Virus record (IMG/VR): IMGVR_UViG_3300028591_000143
Coordinates: 1 to 64,000 of that record
Reading direction: 5' to 3' (one strand)
DNA length: 64,000 nt
From: a virus
Lineage: Duplodnaviria > Caudoviricetes
Part shown: positions 19,155 through 28,456 of the stretch, in pieces
Layout: every line of letters begins with the position of its first letter
Numbering within the stretch: position 1 is the first letter of the stretch
Notes under the pieces: model-generated
Seen by the model: the letters and a program-made list of their open reading frames with translations, nothing else
Databases searched by the model: none
Told to the model about the DNA's origin: nothing
Translations under genes and position numbers: made by a program

Positions 19155-21481
19155 ACTTTTATCATTATATTAATATCATGTATTATATTTGTGAAGATAA
19201 TACTATATATCCTCGTTGTTGGATCATATGATAGAGTACCTATATCTACACCCAACACAGTTTGAGTAGAACCATTTTGAATAACTACTGCACTCTGATC
19301 TTCTATTTCTATTTCAAGATGATCAACTACTGTCTGATCTGAATATGGCATGAAATAGAATGTATGAGTTCCACCATAAGGTATACTAACCATATTATCC
19401 TCAAGATCAAAGTAAGTATATCCTTCAATACAACTAACTATCATCTCATTCTTAGATATATAGAATGTATATGTAGCCTCTGAGAAGTAAATATAATCTA
19501 CTATTTTATTTCCAATGACCTCTAGCTCTTTCTCTCTAGTCACTCCATATCTATCTTTATACACTGAAACAACACGAGAGAATTTATTATTTAATAATTC
19601 ACTCACTGGCATTATTTCTATAGTATCTCTCGGAGTTACTAAGATATTATTTGAATTTATAACCTGATTATTTAACTTTAGCTGAATACCCTCATTATTA
19701 AACCTATTACTCCATGTCATATAAGGATATAATGTTCCTCCATAATATCCCTGAAGTGTAATATTTGTTGTAGTTGTTCTAAAGTTAAAAATCAATCTAC
19801 CAGTTTCTATAATATCATCATAACTACTAGATGGTATTGTTATTGTCTTTTTATCTAATGAACCATCAAGAACTGGTATACTAGATATAGATATTGAGGT
19901 ATTAGGAAGATATGTATTATTATCTGCAGAACATACTTTATCTACGGATTCAAGAGCATAACCTAGATTCTCATATACAACAAAATTTTTTTCTGTTGTC
20001 GAAGTATCTATTCTTACTTGTCCACCGGGTATTACTCGCCCAGCACCAGAAGGATTAATTATGATATTTATCCTGGAAGTAAACATATCTTCAGTACTTT
20101 CTGCTATGATCCATTTTTTTGATATATCTGGTCTTCCTCCAATATTATCATCACACAAACTCTCCCAGATTAAGTTATTATATAATACTCTATCTCCCAA
20201 TCTATAGGAACAATATGGAGAAAATCGTTGTAATTTTTCTTCCCATTCACAGCCTTCTTCTCCAGGAATTGTTGTATTATTATCTGAAACTGATTCCCAA
20301 AGTTTTCCATGATATCTAACTTTATCCCCACTAGAATAACTTAGATTACTATTAAATGGACTCAGATCAAACAACTGTAATTTTCTTGAGAGTATGGGGT
20401 GAGTATCTACTTTGGCAGTACTTAATATAGTATTACTTCTACCATCTAGTAATATTCCACTTTTATCATTAATTATCTTAGTATTATTCTTTGTAGACCA
20501 AAATTCATCGTTACGTAGACTATATTTCCATTTATTTCTCTCTGGATTTACTTTATCAGAACTCCAGGAATTATAGGAAAGATTAATATCTAAAAGCTTT
20601 CCAGAATCTGTAATAACTAACCACAAAACCTTATCAGACTCTATCTCATCTAAACCCCTAAAATAATCTTTGGGATCTGCTAACATTCTATATCCATTAT
20701 CCCAAATACCAGGATCTACTAAGTACTGTCCCGGATCATTATTACTCCACCTATAATCTGGACCTAAATATATACTAAGAACGGGTTTTTCTGTACTATC
20801 TGTATTCTGTTCACATAATAATCGATAGTCATAATCAACTCCTATAATATTAAGATCCGTTTTTGTACCTTCATATAACTCTACTTTTCTTATGCCCCTA
20901 GGAACTGGAAATAAAAACAATGTATAAGTTCCTATAATAGTCGTTCCAAAATATTTTATCTCCCTATTTATTTCGTCTGTCTCTAATAAGGTGGGGAATA
21001 AAATATCTTCAATCTTAGTTAATTCTCCTACATTTAAACCTATGAGATCTTTTGAAGCATTATCTAAGAATCCTATCTTTAATTTATCATTGAACTTATA
21101 CTTATCTACCAAGAAGGAAAAATCATATTCTGCAAAATCTCTTAATAATATTTTAGACTTTGAACCATGATATAATACGTCCTGATATCTATATCCCGAT
21201 ACTGGAATATTGGCTGGATTTAGGTATAGAAGCTCGGGGGTTGAAAATGCATAATATCTCTGAGCATCTACAGTAAAATAACCAATCTTGTCTGTGGTTA
21301 TAAAATTTAAGGGGCTCTCAAGATCATTAGGCATCTCAACATCCCCGTAATTATTATACCTAGTTTCTTCCAGCCAAAAATTAGTATCATAGATCCATCC
21401 TGGAAAAAATTTATTACCTCTGTTATAATATAAAGCAGTTCCTATATCAGAAAAGTCAGTACTATTAATTACTAGCTTCAT
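19151..21481 (-). CDS. Baseplate/fibre-associated protein with two CBM5/12-like repeats and C-terminal beta-sandwich repeats
   Basis: FNSNLSYSSGDKVRYHGKLWESVSDNN...W and FSPYCSYRLGDRVLYNNLIWESLCDDN...W; follows the wedge genes. Confidence 0.6.
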   Translation of the reverse strand: MKLVINSTDFSDIGTALYYNRGNKFFPGWIYDTNFWLEETRYNNYGDVEMPNDLESPLNFITTDKIGYFTVDAQRYYAFSTPELLYLNPANIPVSGYRYQDVLYHGSKSKILLRDFAEYDFSFLVDKYKFNDKLKIGFLDNASKDLIGLNVGELTKIEDILFPTLLETDEINREIKYFGTTIIGTYTLFLFPVPRGIRKVELYEGTKTDLNIIGVDYDYRLLCEQNTDSTEKPVLSIYLGPDYRWSNNDPGQYLVDPGIWDNGYRMLADPKDYFRGLDEIESDKVLWLVITDSGKLLDINLSYNSWSSDKVNPERNKWKYSLRNDEFWSTKNNTKIINDKSGILLDGRSNTILSTAKVDTHPILSRKLQLFDLSPFNSNLSYSSGDKVRYHGKLWESVSDNNTTIPGEEGCEWEEKLQRFSPYCSYRLGDRVLYNNLIWESLCDDNIGGRPDISKKWIIAESTEDMFTSRINIIINPSGAGRVIPGGQVRIDTSTTEKNFVVYENLGYALESVDKVCSADNNTYLPNTSISISSIPVLDGSLDKKTITIPSSSYDDIIETGRLIFNFRTTTTNITLQGYYGGTLYPYMTWSNRFNNEGIQLKLNNQVINSNNILVTPRDTIEIMPVSELLNNKFSRVVSVYKDRYGVTREKELEVIGNKIVDYIYFSEATYTFYISKNEMIVSCIEGYTYFDLEDNMVSIPYGGTHTFYFMPYSDQTVVDHLEIEIEDQSAVVIQNGSTQTVLGVDIGTLSYDPTTRIYSIIFTNIIHDINIMIKV

Positions 21482-22010
21482 ATTCTACTTCGTATTCTTT
21501 GTAGCATATAACATCAGCCGCTACATAATTTGTTATTTCATCTTTTATAGTGAGACCTAATTGACCTACATTTGTTATTAGATCTTCGAATAATAAAAGA
21601 GCTCCTAAAAAATTAACTAATGAGGTATAAAAATGCTCCTCATCAGTCAACACTATATTTCCAAAAGTGATATTTATGTACTGCCCTGTATATACCGGAT
21701 CTCCTTGTATATCTAGAAAATCATTTAGGTACTTTTTCATGTAATCAAATACCTTCTTCGTTCCTTTAACAGCAGTAAACATTCTACTTATGTAGTTAAC
21801 TATATCATCATAAGTATCACCTAATACTTCCTCATCTAAACACATCCCTACAAAATACTTTACCGGATCTCTCTTTAATGATTCTTTATAGTCCTCTAAA
21901 CTATCCTTCTCTTTAATATTATAACCACCTCTATAGTATCCGTTATAAATATCAACGAATTGAGAGATAACTGGTATTTCTCTTAGGTATACGGGAACAT
22001 AAATATTCAT
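21465..22010 (-). CDS. Baseplate wedge protein (T4 gp7 / P2 gpI-like)
   Basis: AVKGTKKVFDYMKKYL (KGT motif); immediately after the gp6-like gene. Confidence 0.55.
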   Translation of the reverse strand: MNIYVPVYLREIPVISQFVDIYNGYYRGGYNIKEKDSLEDYKESLKRDPVKYFVGMCLDEEVLGDTYDDIVNYISRMFTAVKGTKKVFDYMKKYLNDFLDIQGDPVYTGQYINITFGNIVLTDEEHFYTSLVNFLGALLLFEDLITNVGQLGLTIKDEITNYVAADVICYKEYEVEYEASN

Positions 22011-23470
22011 GATACAGTCCTCACTATAGAATTAATAATAAAGTCTATGTCAAAATAAGTACTATCTATATTCTCATAGATTTTACCTATATTATCTTGT
22101 GGTACCTCTTCCCCAGCTTGATCTATATAAGTAATATTAAAATCACTGACCTTGTTTACATTTGATATTTTTGATATTAATGTCTTTATTCCCTCTTTTT
22201 CCTCTTCTAGATTAATACAGAACTTTTTACCATAAGACAATAATATCTTAGCTACATCCAAATCTACACTCTCATTTTCATATAGATCTAAATCTACAGT
22301 TATAACAGCAGTGTACATTTTTCCGGGTTCTACAGTAATTTGATCCGTCACATAATAAGCTCTCCGTTCATCTACAAATTTTGATATTTCTGCAGAAGTT
22401 AATGGATTTCTAGGGTCACATGGAACATAGTAGATTATAATATCTGATTGCTCTGTAGTATAGTTAAACTCAAAGTTCGTACTCTTTACTTTTTCTGGAT
22501 ACATCTCTTCAAGTACAACTCCTACATCAGAATTAGAACGGAGAATAGTATTTACAAAACGATCTTTATATGCCTTATAATGTATCGTATCTATGGAATC
22601 TCTAGAAGTTCCATCCATTATTACAACACCCCTTGCTACTTCATCTACCCCATTCCACTTATTATCCTTAAACTCTACCATCTCAGCACCTCGTAAGTTT
22701 ATACTCTTAAGCTCTGAAGTAGAATAATCAGAAAGTCTAGAATATCTAAAATAAGATGCTAGGATTGATGTACTAGGATCCATTCCTCCAGTATAAAGAC
22801 GAGATCCAAACGAAGTTAGTGTAAGATCAAATAAGTAACCCCTAAGAATGTGCTGTGAAAATTCTCTAGTAACTTCTGATAAGGTACCATTTACTGATAC
22901 ATACATATCATTACTCAAATTTTCTTCAATACAATCTACATAATAGGGATTAGTAGAGGTTAATGTCCATGATGCTCTGACAATATCTGGTGCTAATAAT
23001 CCTATAATAGTTAGGGTATCATCACCTGGAGAAGTTGTTTTTCCGCCATAAATACACTTTCCACCACCAAGCTCAGAGGAAACATACTCCATCCCTAAAG
23101 CATTAGATGTATTATCCTCCGAATCTTCTGGAACTATATACCCAAGATAATAGATACTAAAATTATTACTGCTTATTATCTTATCAAAAGGGACAAAATT
23201 AAAATACTTCCTCGGATTGATATGAAGAATGACTCTTGGACACTGACCACGATATACAGAATACATCTCATTCATACAAAGTTGAATCTTAGAATTAATT
23301 AATGTTGCCTTTTCTAAAGATGATTCTTGTGCATAAATAATATTCTCATTCTCCTCAATATAGGAAGCATAAGAGAGAAGCTGAACTATCATTTCTACAC
23401 TATCTCCGCGTAGTCCTAAATTAGTTGCTATCTCCCTGTAAATATCTTTATAAGTTTGTAATGATCTCAT
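22007..23470 (-). CDS. Baseplate wedge protein (T4 gp6 / baseplate J-like)
   Basis: N-terminal GDSVEMIVQLLSYASY...QESSLEKATLINS resembles the gp6 signature; gene order gp25-gp6-gp7. Confidence 0.7.
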   Translation of the reverse strand: MRSLQTYKDIYREIATNLGLRGDSVEMIVQLLSYASYIEENENIIYAQESSLEKATLINSKIQLCMNEMYSVYRGQCPRVILHINPRKYFNFVPFDKIISSNNFSIYYLGYIVPEDSEDNTSNALGMEYVSSELGGGKCIYGGKTTSPGDDTLTIIGLLAPDIVRASWTLTSTNPYYVDCIEENLSNDMYVSVNGTLSEVTREFSQHILRGYLFDLTLTSFGSRLYTGGMDPSTSILASYFRYSRLSDYSTSELKSINLRGAEMVEFKDNKWNGVDEVARGVVIMDGTSRDSIDTIHYKAYKDRFVNTILRSNSDVGVVLEEMYPEKVKSTNFEFNYTTEQSDIIIYYVPCDPRNPLTSAEISKFVDERRAYYVTDQITVEPGKMYTAVITVDLDLYENESVDLDVAKILLSYGKKFCINLEEEKEGIKTLISKISNVNKVSDFNITYIDQAGEEVPQDNIGKIYENIDSTYFDIDFIINSIVRTVS

Positions 23471-23817
23471 ACAATATTATTTTCATTATAAAGGTTAATA
23501 TAAATTTCGTCTGAGATACGATTCACTTTTATTACTATCTTTACTTTTTCCTCTGATATAATCTCTAAAGATACCAAAGACATAGTAATTCCTGTAGTAA
23601 AACGATCCTGTAATTTTTTAATAAGCTGATTTATCCTAGTAGTTAAAACTTCGGGAATATCAGCTTTTTTTGTATCTCCTAGGTTAAAATTAAACCCAAG
23701 ACCAGATGCTCCCGGAATATCACCAGGAAAAACTTTAAGGTGAAGCTTAAATAAATCTAGAACATAATATTCTACACTATCTGTTGCTTGACCACTAGAT
23801 AATAAATATTTTTTCAT
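23467..23817 (-). CDS. Baseplate wedge / sheath initiator (gp25-like)
   Basis: 116 aa with GDIPGASGLGFN motif and C-terminal beta strands; upstream of the gp6-like gene. Confidence 0.6.
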   Translation of the reverse strand: MKKYLLSSGQATDSVEYYVLDLFKLHLKVFPGDIPGASGLGFNFNLGDTKKADIPEVLTTRINQLIKKLQDRFTTGITMSLVSLEIISEEKVKIVIKVNRISDEIYINLYNENNIV

Positions 23818-23877
23818 ATAATATTATGAAATTAAATGAGAAAAGCTCTTCAACCCTCTCATGTACTATAATAAATA

Positions 23878-24522
23878 CTAATATAAGGAAATTAATCCTT
23901 TATGATTGCATTTTTTAAATTTTAAAAAATCAATATAGAACTGATCTATTAGATTTTTTCCAACCTCAAAATTAATTCCCTTAGCTTCTAGCATTAACTC
24001 AATTCCACCACCAAAACTAGACAAATCCCCTCTATAACAAAAAATATCCATTAAGTTTTTCTTTCTTATGCCTATATAAGAAGATACACCTAAGATTGAA
24101 TACCTTGGGGGAGTTACCTCTATTACTAGTATATAATTAATATCATTAGATCTAAAATTAATTCTTTGATCTAATGGAATATTTTTTAATAAACTATTTA
24201 TATTATCTCCTAATTTAAAATTCTTCTTATAATTTACTATTAAATGTTGATGATATAATCTATAGTTATGATCACTTAAATAACAATAAATATTACAAGG
24301 GTTTTTAAAATAGGAAGGCATGTTTGTAAAAAATACTATGTTATCTAAATTATAACTATCAAATCGTATATTAATACTCAAACCCTCAATCAACTCTAAA
24401 TAAAGATCCCCCTTTCTTAGAGTTAGTTTTTTCCTATTACCTTTAGATAACTTGTCTATCTTTTTAATTAAGATTATTACGTTCTTTAACCTTTTAACTA
24501 TCCCTATTGTTTCTCTAAGCAT
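23878..24522 (-). CDS. Hypothetical accessory protein
   Basis: Very AT-rich 214-aa ORF in an insertion between structural genes. Confidence 0.45.
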   Translation of the reverse strand: MLRETIGIVKRLKNVIILIKKIDKLSKGNRKKLTLRKGDLYLELIEGLSINIRFDSYNLDNIVFFTNMPSYFKNPCNIYCYLSDHNYRLYHQHLIVNYKKNFKLGDNINSLLKNIPLDQRINFRSNDINYILVIEVTPPRYSILGVSSYIGIRKKNLMDIFCYRGDLSSFGGGIELMLEAKGINFEVGKNLIDQFYIDFLKFKKCNHKGLISLY

Positions 24523-25171
24523 AATAAGGCTATTATCACTGGTATAAGCTTTTCTAGTCGGTCAGGTTGTGAAGAAATATTTACCCTTTTTGTCAGAACC
24601 TCACCAGAAATGGGAGATAGATTAGCAGTGTAAACATAAAATCCTGATACCGATTTATAATCCGACAGAGAAACCCTAAAATTAATCCTTAAGGCATTAT
24701 ATTGGGTATAAAAACACACGAAACCATTCTTACTTATACTAACTGAGATAGCGGATGACGGCGGAAATATGGGAGTAATAGAATCAAATAACCCATCTAA
24801 TTATTTCGACTTCTTCTTTAAGTGAAACTCCTTATATAACATAATACTTTGAGACAAAACGTGATAAGATTCAAGGGCAATACAATGAACCGAGGCCAGT
24901 AATTCATGCTCATCATCATATTGACCAATTTCTCAAGAAAACGTAGATCTATTCTACAAGTTATATGTATGTTCCTGATAATCTGTATAATTAGGATATG
25001 TCGTCGAGTATTAATAATTCTTAGTCGCGTTATCTCCGGACAACACTTAGCTATTATATAAATCAAATCCTCTAAGTATCCAAAGTTTTTCTTTAAGGGT
25101 AATAAACAAGTCACCTGTTTCTTTGGTAAAACCTCATAAATCTTCCTCAGATTCATATAATATGTTTCCAT
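24504..25171 (-). pseudogene. One or two disrupted accessory genes
   Basis: 24818..25171 appears to shift into a frame reading GQYDDEHELLASVHCIALESYHVLSQSIMLYKEFHLKKKSK*. That frame continues past the TAA as LDGLFDSITPIFPP... into the 24504..24719 ORF. Confidence 0.4.
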
Positions 25172-25452
25172 GCTAACAGTTTTTCAATCTCATCGAAAGC
25201 TTCAGACAAAGAATGAAATCGATGAGAACTACCAAAACAAGAAACAAAGAAAATATTTACGTCGGGATAATAAGGAACTAATAATGAAAGCATATCCGAT
25301 CCGTCATAATCTGGACCAAATACTAACTTTAACGTAGCTACATTACCAATCACCTCTACTATTTCTAAGTTACGTTGTTGTAGTTGTTCATTAATCCTAT
25401 CTAAAAACTTCCATCTCTTCTTTACGGAGACAAAGTTATAAATATTTGTCAT
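25153..25452 (-). CDS. Hypothetical accessory protein
   Basis: 99 aa; N-terminus MTNIYNFVSVKKRWKFLDRINEQL resembles MTDIYSLFRKKKVYKIKFFDEVNEHL of the neighbour. Confidence 0.5.
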   Translation of the reverse strand: MTNIYNFVSVKKRWKFLDRINEQLQQRNLEIVEVIGNVATLKLVFGPDYDGSDMLSLLVPYYPDVNIFFVSCFGSSHRFHSLSEAFDEIEKLLAWKHII

Positions 25453-25847
25453 GATATGGTTATTCCAATACCACCTCCCATAAACATAATACGGGATAGT
25501 GAATTTTCATTTTCTTTTTCTTCTTTTCTTACATTTACCTTTTGAAAATGCTTATTCATTTCACAAAGGGCTTTATCTAGTTCATTAAAAAATTTGTAAG
25601 TTGAAGCTGGAAGTACTTTAAAAAACTCTATACTTATCCCCTGTTCTGTGACCCAAGGATATGGAATTCGTAAAATACCAATAAAACAATGTAAAGAAAT
25701 GTGAGTCTTGTATGCTATCCCAGCATAAAAATCTAGATTTGGATACTTGCTTAGATGTTCATTCACCTCATCAAAGAACTTAATCTTATATACTTTCTTC
25801 TTTCTAAATAATGAATAAATATCTGTCATATTATACAGGAATAGCAT
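25449..25847 (-). CDS. Hypothetical accessory protein (likely start at MTDIY)
   Basis: Overlaps neighbours; probable paralogue of 25153..25452. Confidence 0.5.
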   Translation of the reverse strand: MLFLYNMTDIYSLFRKKKVYKIKFFDEVNEHLSKYPNLDFYAGIAYKTHISLHCFIGILRIPYPWVTEQGISIEFFKVLPASTYKFFNELDKALCEMNKHFQKVNVRKEEKENENSLSRIMFMGGGIGITIS

Positions 25848-26370
25848 CTAGGGCCGTTTTTACTCCGGCAAGGGATGTTATTACGGCTATTATAGAATCA
25901 GGAAGTTCTATATTCAGGAACACACAAGAATTTAATATCTGTGTGGCTTGGGAGGTTAATGTTCCTATTTGTGCTTTTATTCCTGAGATTAAGCTAGGAA
26001 CACAATTTAAGGTTACAGGATTTGCAGCTACTGTGGTTATTTGGGCTACTATTGAACCTACTAATGTCGGAACAGTAGTCATAAAGGAGGTTAGATTTGA
26101 TTTTAAGTTATTTATTTCTACATCAACCTGCGCACCCATAAAACTGTTAGCCGATTGTTGAGCCATGGAAGTTAAATTATTATCCCAAGCTTGAACTTTA
26201 CTTGTGTATTCCTCTAACGTTTCCTCCCCTCGTGTCGGCATTTGTATACTTTTCCCTAACAAACCCTTCATTATAGTGATTTTGTCAGGAATTATAGCAC
26301 TTATATCAATTCCTACTGGCGGAGAATTTAATATATCTAATACACTTTTAATTTTTTCTATATTTGCCAT
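25831..26370 (-). CDS. Hypothetical helical, probably baseplate-associated protein
   Basis: 179 aa, amphipathic Ala/Thr/Ile-rich helices, between the gp5-like and gp25-like genes. Confidence 0.5.
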   Translation of the reverse strand: MANIEKIKSVLDILNSPPVGIDISAIIPDKITIMKGLLGKSIQMPTRGEETLEEYTSKVQAWDNNLTSMAQQSANSFMGAQVDVEINNLKSNLTSFMTTVPTLVGSIVAQITTVAANPVTLNCVPSLISGIKAQIGTLTSQATQILNSCVFLNIELPDSIIAVITSLAGVKTALDAIPV

Positions 26371-26819
26371 ATTACATTTATAATATCTTTAATTCCAATC
26401 CCCACCCAAGGAATATCATTACCGTTATAATCTGTGAATCTGAATAAAACTTCTTTGGGGGCTGTATCAAATCGTATCTCAGTGTAAATTCGGTTATATT
26501 TGTCAAACCTTTTTCCTTTTATCACAAAACAATGATCTTCTGGTATTATTCTAAGATAACGTGTGTGGAAAGGAGGAAATACACCCAACGCATAGATCAG
26601 TTTTATAATTACCTGCTCTTCTGTCAAACCTTTCTCCTTTACTAGTTTTTTGATGAAGGATTTTATGGTTCGGGTTAATATTTTTTGTTGCTTAAGGAGT
26701 ACACGGAATAAGACCTTCGATGTTAAGAAAACCGTGACCTCAGTGTATAACTTAACCCTCCAAAGATCAGGCTTATTTTCTATTCTTTCTACCCCTATAA
26801 TTCTTGGTATTTTTCCCAC
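26358..26819 (-). CDS. Hypothetical basic protein downstream of the toxin
   Basis: 153-aa ORF with GTG start overlapping the toxin 3' end. Confidence 0.45.
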   Translation of the reverse strand: MGKIPRIIGVERIENKPDLWRVKLYTEVTVFLTSKVLFRVLLKQQKILTRTIKSFIKKLVKEKGLTEEQVIIKLIYALGVFPPFHTRYLRIIPEDHCFVIKGKRFDKYNRIYTEIRFDTAPKEVLFRFTDYNGNDIPWVGIGIKDIINVIWQI

Positions 26820-27333
26820 TTAGTATTGATTCTGGTTTTCTGTATGGTGCGTTCTTTCTCATTCTGTCTTTTCTTTCCCGGAGCTCTTTATCGTTTAAAT
26901 AATCTCCCTCAGTAGTTTCATGACCAAAACAGGAATCTAAAACTACTCGCATTAGATGTACTGCCTTTCCAGATATTATATATTTTTGAGGAGGATATAT
27001 TCTATAATTCAACCTATGCTCCTCCGTGATCTTTTTAGAAAACGTGTGGTATTTTCTAAGTCTAGAATAATCCCCTAAATAATGAGTTTCACCTCCAGCT
27101 GGACCATCAGATATTAAAAAGCCATTATGGATATCCCTCTTTAGTGCCTCTAATCTATTTCGATCTGGAGTTCCCTTCATACCTAATTTAGAAATGTCAT
27201 TATTATACTTCCTTGAAACTTCAATACTTAATTTAGAGGGCCCCAATTCTTTTACTAGTTCTGGATCATCCAATAAAAAAGGATAATCAGTGAACTCATC
27301 CCTCCTAAATAACTTTTCTCTAAATATTATCAC
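26773..27333 (-). CDS. YoeB/Txe-family (RelE superfamily) mRNA interferase homologue with N- and C-terminal extensions
   Basis: FSKKITEEHRLNYRIY...VVLDSCFGH matches the YoeB core WSRRITEEHRLVY...IAACRYHY; overlaps the last array gene by 4 nt (GTGA). Confidence 0.8.
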   Translation of the reverse strand: MIIFREKLFRRDEFTDYPFLLDDPELVKELGPSKLSIEVSRKYNNDISKLGMKGTPDRNRLEALKRDIHNGFLISDGPAGGETHYLGDYSRLRKYHTFSKKITEEHRLNYRIYPPQKYIISGKAVHLMRVVLDSCFGHETTEGDYLNDKELRERKDRMRKNAPYRKPESILSGKNTKNYRGRKNRK

Positions 27334-27512
27334 CTCAATCTCCTTTTTATTAAATATCTCTTTTTTTCTTTATTTGAAAAAGACTTAGATACTAATTTTT
27401 TAAATCCATCATTAATTCTTTTTCTCATTACTGGAGTTATATCATAAATTCCTTCTATCATGGTCTCAATTCTTTCTCCAGTTTCAGCGTCAATTAAAAC
27501 AGTTCTCTTCAT
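27330..27512 (-). CDS. Array unit 7 (60 aa)
   Basis: MKRTVLIDAETGERIETMIEGIYDITPVMRKRINDGFKKLVSKSFSNKEKKRYLIKRRLR. Confidence 0.8.
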   Translation of the reverse strand: MKRTVLIDAETGERIETMIEGIYDITPVMRKRINDGFKKLVSKSFSNKEKKRYLIKRRLR

Positions 27513-27667
27513 TATGATCTATTTTTTTTGTTATTATGTCGCTTATTTAAATGACGACTCTTATGTAATTCTCTATGTTCTGATAATATGGCTTTTCTGG
27601 TGTGTATACAAATTTCCCCTGTCAGAATATCACCAGTCTCAGGATCAATAATTGTCATAGTTTTCAT
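27512..27667 (-). CDS. Array unit 6 (51 aa, not in ORF track; lacks FSN)
   Basis: MKTMTIIDPETGDILTGEICIHTRKAILSEHRELHKSRHLNKRHNNKKNRS*; TAATG overlap with unit 7. Confidence 0.7.
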   Translation of the reverse strand: MKTMTIIDPETGDILTGEICIHTRKAILSEHRELHKSRHLNKRHNNKKNRS

Positions 27668-27683
27668 ATTAATTTCTTTTTAT

Positions 27684-27857
27684 TTAACTTTTCTTGTACG
27701 TACTTTGCTCAACCTTATTAGAAAATGTCTTTTGTCTAGCAATCTTTCGGTACTTTTCAACTTCTCTCTCATCGGCTTTAGTCGGTTTATATACCTCAAT
27801 TACATCTTCGAGAATTATCTTCTCTCCATTAATTATCCATTCTTCTCTGTGTCCCAT
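27684..27857 (-). CDS. Array unit 5 (57 aa, not in ORF track)
   Basis: MGHREEWIINGEKIILEDVIEVYKPTKADEREVEKYRKIARQKTFSNKVEQSTYKKS*. Confidence 0.75.
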   Translation of the reverse strand: MGHREEWIINGEKIILEDVIEVYKPTKADEREVEKYRKIARQKTFSNKVEQSTYKKS

Positions 27858-27863
27858 ATTATA

Positions 27864-28049
27864 TTAGTTTATTTGTTTATTATTTTTAATTAAATACCTC
27901 TTCTTTTCGGAATTTGAGAAAGTTTTTAGATAATTCCTAAGGTACTTTCTACGTACTTCCTTCAATTGTTCTGCGGTCATCTCATTAACCCCATCAATAT
28001 TGGCAGTAATAACTTCTCCTGTATCATCTATAGTAAATGTCTTTTTCAT
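27864..28049 (-). CDS. Array unit 4 (61 aa)
   Basis: MKKTFTIDDTGEVITANIDGVNEMTAEQLKEVRRKYLRNYLKTFSNSEKKRYLIKNNKQIN. Confidence 0.85.
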   Translation of the reverse strand: MKKTFTIDDTGEVITANIDGVNEMTAEQLKEVRRKYLRNYLKTFSNSEKKRYLIKNNKQIN

Positions 28050-28071
28050 ATCAATAATTGTTATTATGTTG

Positions 28072-28242
28072 TTATTTATTTATTAGATATCGCTTTTTCT
28101 CAGAATTAGAAAAATATCTTGTCTTATTTCTTCTACCCCATCTTTTTGCTTCCTTCAATTGTTCAGCAGTCAAACTACTTACGCTATCAATATCAGCTGT
28201 AATAACCTCACCAGTTCGTTCTATAATAAATGTCTCTTTCAT
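28072..28242 (-). CDS. Array unit 3 (56 aa, not in ORF track)
   Basis: MKETFIIERTGEVITADIDSVSSLTAEQLKEAKRWGRRNKTRYFSNSEKKRYLINK*. Confidence 0.85.
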   Translation of the reverse strand: MKETFIIERTGEVITADIDSVSSLTAEQLKEAKRWGRRNKTRYFSNSEKKRYLINK

Positions 28243-28265
28243 ATCAATAATTGTTATTATGTTGT

Positions 28266-28433
28266 TTATTTATTAGGTATCGTTTCTTTTTCGGGGTTTG
28301 AAAAGAGACGTAATCTAGCTTTCTTCCTTGCTTGTTCAACTTTCTTTCTATCTTCTTCAGAAAGCTCATAATCACCTTCTACATCGGCAACAATTTTTTC
28401 TCCGGTGTCTTTAATATAATAAGTCTTAATCAT
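28266..28433 (-). CDS. Array unit 2 (55 aa)
   Basis: MIKTYYIKDTGEKIVADVEGDYELSEEDRKKVEQARKKARLRLFSNPEKETIPNK* (C-terminal half of the 139-aa track ORF). Confidence 0.8.
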   Translation of the reverse strand: MIKTYYIKDTGEKIVADVEGDYELSEEDRKKVEQARKKARLRLFSNPEKETIPNK

Positions 28434-28456
28434 TTTTTTATTATTATGTTGTTTAT

